From: the human T2T-CHM13v2.0 reference genome, Homo sapiens
DNA: 64,000 nt
NCBI RefSeq assembly: GCF_009914755.1
Contig: NC_060930.1
Direction: 5' to 3' (one strand)
The translations under genes were made by a program, and so were the position numbers. This document shows positions 55,928 through 64,000 of this stretch, one piece after another. The stretch's first letter is position 1; the number at the start of each line of letters is the position of its first letter. The notes under the pieces are model-generated. The model was given only the letters and a program-made list of their open reading frames with translations, did not search any database and was not told where the DNA came from.

Positions 55928-56659
55928 TCCTGTGCCTTTCTTTAAAGTCTTTACTTTTAGAAAATATCTGAAAGCAAATGAAAATCTCATTAATAATGAA
56001 GATAATGTATTACAAACAAAAATACCTTTTTTTCCCCTCAGGTAAATTACAAGGGTATTTTCTTCACAATCCCTAATAAGGGAAAGACTGCAAAAACGCA
56101 CAGATAATTGTTGATAATCTCAGCTTTCTGCTGACTTTTTGCTTCTTTCTTTGTTGTACTGTTCTGATAGAGGATTTGGGTAGATACGGAAGATCAAGGA
56201 GGAGGAATATAGAGGAATTCACTTAATTGCTAAATGTTCCCATGAAACATGAATGATACACTGTCAAACACTGGATTATATACTGCCTTGGTGTGTTCAC
56301 TTAATTATATCTTAGCAACTAGACTGTACATTTCTCAAGGGTAAGGACTATGTCTTATGTCTTTGAACACCCTTAAAGGAACCTAGGCTAGTAGTTGACA
56401 TTGAATAGTTTCTAAGTAAACTCTTGCCGACTGGAATTGTATTTACGGCAAAGCTACTTGCAAATTACTTGCATTGAGACCAAATGTAAACACTAGAGGA
56501 GCCAGACATGGTTTTCTTTGGACACATCTTGGACGTGCCTGATGTCCTCCCCACCTGCCTTGGGCATCCCTTTATGATAAAACTTTAATTCAGTCAAACT
56601 GGTATCACTGCATGTTTTTAAGAGACTTGCCCACTTTCTGACCAAATTATCCATCTACC

Positions 56660-56865
56660 CAAGGTTCTCAGTCAGGGTCGGTGTCACTCTATCAAGGGGC
56701 TATATGGAAATAGGGAGGGTTTGGTCGTTGCTAGTGGTGCTACTGGCATTACGCTCCCAGGGGCCGGAGATGCTAAACATGCTAAATGTTGCACAGCACA
56801 GTCTGTCACAGCAAAGCACTGTTGTGCTCACAGTACCGCTAGCGCTCAGCATTAAAAAACACTGG
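56660..56865. mobile_element. MER20-like hAT-Charlie element
   Basis: ggttctca...ggtgctactggcatt...ggggccggagatgctaaacat...aaaacactg. Confidence 0.6.
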
Positions 56866-56895
56866 GTTCCTTAAAAACTTGTCCTGCTTGCTATG

Positions 56896-57247
56896 TGTAT
56901 TAGTCCGTTTTCAGGCTGCTGATAAAGACATACCCGAGACTGGGAAGAAAAAGAGGTTTAATTGGACTTACAGTTCCACATGGCTGGGGAGGCCTCCGAA
57001 TCATGGCGGGAGGCAAAAGGCACTTCTTACATGGCGGCGCCAGGAGAAAATGAGGAGAGAAGCAAAAGCGGAAACCCCTGATAAACCCATCAGATCTCAT
57101 GAGACTTATTCACTATCACGAGAATAGCACGGGAAAGACCAGCACGGGACCCATCACCTCCCCCTGGGTCCCTCCCACAACACATGGGAATTCTGGGAGT
57201 TACAATTCAAGTTGAGATTTGAATGGGGACACAGCCAAACCATATCA
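56896..57247 (-). mobile_element. THE1 (THE1C-like) solo LTR, ERVL-MaLR
   Basis: tgtattagtccgttttc...gataaagacatacccgagactggg...ggggacacagccaaaccatatca; 5-bp TSD ctatg/ctaca. Confidence 0.95.
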
Positions 57248-57299
57248 CTACACAAGCCTTATATTTCACCACTCCCCCCTTGCACGCTATATTTAATCC

Positions 57300-57672
57300 T
57301 TACTGAGCTACTTCGTTCTGGATCATGCCAAGCTCTGTCTACTTCTACATCTTTGCAGATTTTATTTCTTAGGCTCCTGACCTACTTTCTCTTCTAGCAA
57401 ATGTTTTTTAATCCTTCAGGACTCACTCAGCCCAGGCACCTCCACGAAGCCTTTGCTTCTTACAAACCCAGCCTGGAATATGTGGCATCTTTACGTGCCT
57501 TCAAAGCACTCTGTGCTTCCCTCTGCCAGGACATTTGTCCCAGTGAATTATGGTTATTTACTTTCATGTCCTCCCACTAGACTAAAACCTACTTAAGAAT
57601 AAGGTGTATGTCCCCGCGATTCACTCAGTGCCTGACACATAGTGGGTACTTAATAATTTTTGAATGAATGAC
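57300..57672 (+). mobile_element. L2 3' end
   Basis: atccttcaggactca...cctcccactagact...cagtgcctgacacatagtggg...tgaatgaatga. Confidence 0.75.
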
Positions 57673-60289
57673 TCAATCCATGACATTGTCAGGCAGGAAT
57701 TAGTTCATTTGGCAGATATTCACTGTGTATTCCTCATAACTTTATGCCAAGGAAGAGTCTTGGCATGAAGCAACACTGGCATTATGGATGGGGAAGAAAC
57801 CTTAGGAGTGAAGTAGGAAGAAGGGGTAGAGAAATTATCCACATAAAAGGGTTAGCTCAGGCTTTATTCGCTCAGTAGCCCTTAAGACTGTGAGTGGGAT
57901 ATGTAGTAGGAGGGACCCAGCCAACACTGTTCAAAGTTTGGAGCTTGGACCCAGCCAGTCCACAAACATATTGACCCAAAATGAGGTAACTACAGAAGTT
58001 GGAGTAAGCATTTAGGAATTTGACAGAATAATTTTGTGTCTCTTAAATCTTATACTGAAAACATTGGTGCTTGTCTTTAATGCCATTTTTTCTAGTCATT
58101 AATCTTTATCATATCTTATAAATCAATTGGTTCCTGGTGGATCCGAAATTTTTTTTTCCAAAAAAAAGAAGGAAGGAAAAACATTTAAATAGCTGGTCCT
58201 CAGTAGTGTGCACCAGACTGGTCTAGGTGTTCCCAGCAATGACTGTGTTTTGTACCAGATTCCAAGTTAGATGCCAAAGAATCAGAAATTTGCTGCCAGT
58301 TCCTTCCTTCCTTTTCTCCCCTCTTGGCAAGAGAATGGCTTACTTGAGATAGAGGCAAGCAGGTAGGACAGGGTCCTCTCTGAGTACCTAGTGTTCTAGG
58401 TAAGGCAATAGTACTTAGCCAGAGCTGCCATATGAAAAAAAAAAAAAAAAAATCTGCTCATCTGGATCAAGCCAGTCTGGCAGGAGACTGGGACACCATA
58501 GAATCTGGGGTGCCCAGTTTTTACCCAAACAGTAGAGTTTATGGTAACATAACTAAGGCTAGCACCTACCTCCTGGTGGACTGGTGGCCACCAATGTACC
58601 CTCCATTCTGATGATGATGAGCTCAAGAACTAAATGAGACTGGCTGGATTCATAGGATAAGGACCCTCATTGGCAGCAACTCAGCAGGTTATGGGAGGCA
58701 GTGGCCAACATGCCTAGGATAAGAGGAGCATAGTGCCAGGTATTATGAAGATTCAGACATGAGCAGTGTTGTTGACAATTTGAACCAAAAGCATGGACCA
58801 AAGTACGAATAGAATGCTTTAGGAGAAAAAGAGAAGTACAAAATGTAATACTGCAGCCTTAAAGAGTAAATATGAACTAGTTTGTGTGCAAATTCAAGCA
58901 AGGCAACGTTACTTTTACAACATTATTGGAAGAAGTTGAAGATGGTAATGGTAGTGGTACATTTATTGACTGTTAAGTAAGAAGCAGTATGACCCTCATA
59001 AAGATTGTTTATGTGTAGCAGGGTTGAAGTGCCATGTGATAAAACTCATAAGCTTTACTTACAAGAGTTCTAACTAGTGTAGAAAAAAATCCTGCCAGAC
59101 AGCGTGTCTGCTTTGTTTGGAATAGAAGCATAAATATCTAATTTGCCTTGTTACAGAGAAAAATGCATGATCTATGCAGCATGTAGCCAAATAATCATTC
59201 TATCAGGCTCAAAATGTAGGGAACGTAGTTAATTTGCTTCTTTGCCCTAATCCTTCTCTCTGAATTTGTACTTCATTTAGTCATATTTCACCTCTTAGAA
59301 GCTAAAAACACAATTTTGCCAGAAGATCAAAAATAAAAGCAGCAATAGCATAAGTCAGTATACCCTAAATTAGGAAAGTTAGAAACACACACAGTAACAA
59401 ATCTCTCAAAGTTTGTTTTTCTCTCAACGTTTCTCTAGTCTGTAGGTTTTTTTTCTTTTCCATGTAAGTGTTGTGTCATGAAAGCAAGTGTATCTCAGGA
59501 GTGTAAGGTAGGACCCTATAAACCTTTAATATTAGCATTTCATCACAAAAGTTCCTTTGTTAATTTTTCTGTTGAAGAAAACTGAGGGTGACTAGCAGCC
59601 TTAGACAAAAGCTTAGTTTTTGTTTTCAAACAAAATTGACTTGATGTGGTTTGGGTTAGAAATTGATATTTTATTTTCTTAATTTGTCAGGCTTTTATTT
59701 TTTAGGTGGTGCCTTGCCTGTGTTAGATGTTTCAGTTTCCTAGTGTGTTTGTAACACCCAAAAGCAAATGAATTTTTATGAAACCATAAAAATGATCAAC
59801 TATACCCTCTTATATAGCATGTTCATGTGCAGCATAATTGTTTAATGCTGTTTTCTTTCCACATTAAGTCAACCTGAAAGATTATTGATTGTCACAAACA
59901 CTGTTTCTTCATGCCAGAATTCTCCAGACCTGTGTCTCAAGGGACCCTAGTCGGGAGGGTAATTGTTGCTGCTCTCTGTTGAATACCCGGTGACAGCCTG
60001 TCTGGATCGACTCAGGTTCTGGAATGGTGCATCTCACGATACTGAGTAGCCTGCCATTCTGCTGTAAAGTGGGAGTAGCCCCTCATTTATGGCTAAGGGA
60101 AGAGAGAGTTGGATGGTAAAAAAAAAAACAGCACAATTTTAGTAGGTATGTTATATTCAGAAAAGACTGAGATACCATTCCATGTGAAGTTTTAAATTTT
60201 GCCTTATTTATAGATATGTGCCCAAATCATCATGTTAGTTACTTTCATTTGTGTAGTACTTTCTACAAAGTACTTTACCTATGAATCAT

Positions 60290-60450
60290 CTCACCACCTA
60301 GCCAAATAACTCTCAAACAAGTTATTTGACTTCTTTGGTCCTCAGTTTTCTGATCTGTGAAAGTGGCATAAAATTACACTGCATCCTATTAGCCAGCCTC
60401 ACAGAGTTGTGAAGGTCAAATGCAATAGAGCTTAGACATGCAAATGTTAT
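60290..60450 (+). mobile_element. MIR
   Basis: caagttatttgacttctttggtcctcagttttctgatctgtgaaagtgg...cctcacagagttgtgaagg. Confidence 0.65.
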
Positions 60451-60625
60451 ATTCCCTGCAGCAGAGTAAAGTCACATAAATGAACAACTATTTTTAAAGC
60501 AACTATTGAATGCTAAATACTGTGCTGTGGTCAGCGGAGTGCAGTTTCATATACTGGGAATGGATTCTGGCATTCCTGTGACATTTTATACTGAATCACC
60601 TGTTGGTCCTTAAAAACTGAAGATA

Positions 60626-60960
60626 GGCCAGGCATGGTGGCCCACGCATGTAATCCTAGCACTTTGGAGGCCAAAGTGGGCAGATTGCTTGAGACCAGGA
60701 GTTAGAGATCAGCCTGGGAAACATGGTGAAACCCCATCTCTACAAAAAATACCAAAAAAAAAAAAAAAAAGAATTAGCTGGGTGTGGTGGCATGTACCTA
60801 TAGTCCCAGCTACCTGGGAGGCTCAGGTAGGAGGATCACCTGAGCCCAGGAGGTGGAGGCTGCAGTGAGCCATGATCATTATGCCTTTGCACTCCAGCCT
60901 GGGTGACACAGTGAGACTGACCTTGTCTCCAAAAAGAAAACACAAACAAACAAATAAAAA
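60626..60960 (+). mobile_element. AluJb
   Basis: Dimer with expanded A-linker. Confidence 0.95.
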
Positions 60961-61825
60961 AGATGAGAACAGGTAAATTGAGTGTGGGGTGAGGAGGGAG
61001 ATAAGGGATGTGCCCTAGCTTTACATATTTTCTAAGATTTTCTGCTTGAAGTATTCTTATTTGCTTTAAATCTGAGATTTACAAAAAGTGATTTCAACCT
61101 CATGACGTGTCCAGAATAAGTTCTGCTTTGCTAGGCTTGAGCCCTAGGTGGTCATGTCCCCTTAGGCTGCCCAGAGCCTTCAGGATTGTAATGTCTTACA
61201 CATGTTTCTAGGAGGGCTGCAGAGCTGGGTGGCATGGAGCTCATTTGCATGCACTTGATTCACAGCCTTTATTTCCAGGCAGTCACGTTTTCCTTCTCAG
61301 AACAATGTCCTAACTGTTGAAAGTGTGCAGATTTTCATGTTTGTTCTCAATGATGAAGAGCAGAAAGTCTATAAAAATGTTAAATTATGGTAATAAAGTA
61401 AATGTCTTCATTTGCTGAGCTGATCTTTTCACATTTAGAATAAATATCTCCTTTGTAGTAACTCCTTAGAAAAATTCCAAAAGCTTTGTAACAGTATTAT
61501 GAGAAAAGATTTTTTTCCCCTCCTCCTGTGAAACTGGTTAGCAACATCCCAGAAAACTAGAATTCTCTAGTAACCCCTAGGTCAAGTGCCCATCTTCACA
61601 CACATCTCTTTTATTCCACCTCACTTGTGAAGGATCAGCTTATTCCTAATTCCTAGCTGCTTTTTAGGGGACCAAGTTAATGTCAACAAAGAATGGTAAA
61701 TCAGATTTGCAATCTGTGATGTTAGGGAATAGAGTGATATCAAGTAATTAGAAAGAATCACACAGATCACTTTAACCACTTCACAGTCCAAAGAAGCAAA
61801 GTCTCTGTCTAAAATTGCACGGCTG

Positions 61826-62032
61826 CCAACCTGGATAACGTAGCAGGATCCCATCTCTACAAAATATCAAAAATTCACCGGGCCTGGTGGCATACACTTG
61901 TAGTCCCAGCTACTCAGGAGGCAGACATGGCAGTATCACTTGAACCCAAGAGTTCAAGGCTGCAGCAAACTATGATCACGCCACTGCATTCAGCCTGGGC
62001 TGCAGAGTGAGACCCTGCCTCAAAAATAAAAT
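61826..62032 (+). mobile_element. 5'-truncated AluJ
   Basis: Begins in the mid left arm; TSD aaaattgcacggctg / aaaattacatggctg. Confidence 0.9.
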
Positions 62033-62691
62033 AAAATTACATGGCTGGTTTATGGCTGATTCCATAGTTCAGTACTGTTGACAATAGGCAACACAAAGAG
62101 TGGTATTTCCTAAAGGTTCTAGTGGACTAGAATGTAACATTTTTTAATAAAATTAATGCATGTGAAAACTGGCTTGGAGATTGTACCCTTCTAAACTGCT
62201 AATATCCAATGTTACATCCTCCTCCTCTCCTTAATGGGTCTGGACTGCATGCACTACAGTTGCCCAGTAAAATAAAACATCGTCAAATACTGCATTAGGT
62301 ATCAGGGACCAGGCATTTGTCTGAGCTCCAACACGTGCTTTCTGGGTCTTGGATTTTTCTCTGCTCTTAAATTAGAATGATTAATTTAATCATTAAATTA
62401 GATGGCTGACATGAACGACTAATGTCTTCGTGGAGTACCATTCTTCATAAAAATTGACCAAAAAAAATCACAGTTCACGTCCCAGAGCCCAGGAGGAAAG
62501 GGTGTTTTTGATTTCTGACCCTAACCTTTCTAATCTATCCTTCAAATTCAGGTAGGTTCGGCTCAGAATAAAGGTGGAAAGAGCCAATTGGACCTTAAGG
62601 TTAAACATTGGAGAGAGGAGGAAAACTCTTTTTGACAGCCTCTAGTGTTATTTGTGGGATAGACTGGTCCCTCTAAGATACTCTTAAATTT

Positions 62692-63017
<326 letters not shown>

Positions 63018-64000
63018 CTATCCAAGATTTCTTTGGTTCTATAATCAAAATAAAGCTTCTGTTTTCCCCTATAGTTTTCCTGTCTGATTCAGATCCAAGT
63101 CTACATTTTTGGAAGCCTGCACGTGTCCATGGTCCATCAGCAATAATGTTTATGGACGCCACGACCAAAGGCTTCTTCAGCAAGCACAGGCAGGGGATTG
63201 ACTGGTGGGGGGGAAGTGAATACCTAGAACCTACGGTCCAACAGGTAGTCTTTTGCTGTGCAAGCATCACCAAGTCCAGGCAAGGACCATTTCGAGTTTT
63301 TAATACATAAGGTCATTTTTTTCCCCCAATGTTTCTGGATAAATAAAAAAGATAATTTTATTTAGTATAAAGAATGCTCAACCAGATAAAAACCTGGAAA
63401 GCTTGAGTCCACAACTTTATTAGTATGTTGCTTTTTACTTTTAAAAATGGTTTTAATATTTGATCATCCAAAACGTAACACCCGAGTAACTAACTTCCTT
63501 ATGAGATTGGCAAATAGAATATGATGGGGGTAATGGGGCCATTCTGGACTCCGTGGGAGATCAGACCATCACACAAAGGCTTAGAGGTGGAAATAATAAG
63601 AATAACAAATGCTAACTTGTAGCTCTGTGTCCATTGTCCGCTGTTAATTCACAAGAGCCTTGATAGTGATCAAAGCTGAGCTTCCTGGTTAGTGCCCTGC
63701 AACCAAGACCACCCTCTCTCCTTGAGTCCTGTGGGATCCTGACTTTACTTTGACTTGAGAAGAAGCTAATTATGGGTTGATTTCTGGAAAGAATGATTAA
63801 TAATCACTTCCATTTGGCAAAATAAAATCTGTGGAGGCAACACTGGTGTTTTTACTACCTTATGAAGCAACGTGAGGAAGAAGGAAAAAATCATGTATAA
63901 TCTTTTGCAACAAGCTATAAAATGATTTTTTTTTGTCTTTAATTAAACAAAAGCATTTTTATTCACAGAATGTTATGATCATATTGCTAGTACAGCTTAA

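Noticed and set aside
61243-61250. Octamer ATTTGCAT sites (several in the window)
   Set aside because: A few 8-mer matches are expected in 64 kb of AT-rich sequence; no snRNA-like gene follows.

Overview
Primate (human-like) AT-rich genomic DNA that reads as deep intron of a large gene, probably transcribed on the + strand. The only convincing exon is an isolated 63-nt internal exon at 24529-24591 (long U-tract, CAG acceptor, AAG|GTAAGA donor). I cannot name the host gene. No CDS, rRNA, tRNA or CRISPR feature is supportable: the ORF track is Alu-, LTR- or L1-derived, or chance. About 25 Alu elements or fragments are present, plus a fragmented HAL1, L1, L2 and MIR remnants, THE1, MLT and ERV1 LTRs, and DNA-transposon relics (MER5, MER20, MER47A, MER53, MER58, MER104, Tigger3). 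The most notable unexplained structures are: (1) a 92-nt near-perfect palindrome inside an old L2 (40728-40819), giving a 41-bp stem whose only mismatches are G-U on the + strand, a candidate de novo pre-miRNA or cruciform; (2) a 5'-truncated L1PA carrying an apparent 36-nt 3' transduction inside one target-site duplication (TSD) (8338-8708); (3) a ~410-bp non-tandem local duplication whose donor copy can be inferred (35326-35737 from 37641-38055). Repeat subfamily names come from recalled consensus motifs, not a RepeatMasker run, and boundaries of old repeats are approximate. I see no evidence for a new multi-gene system.
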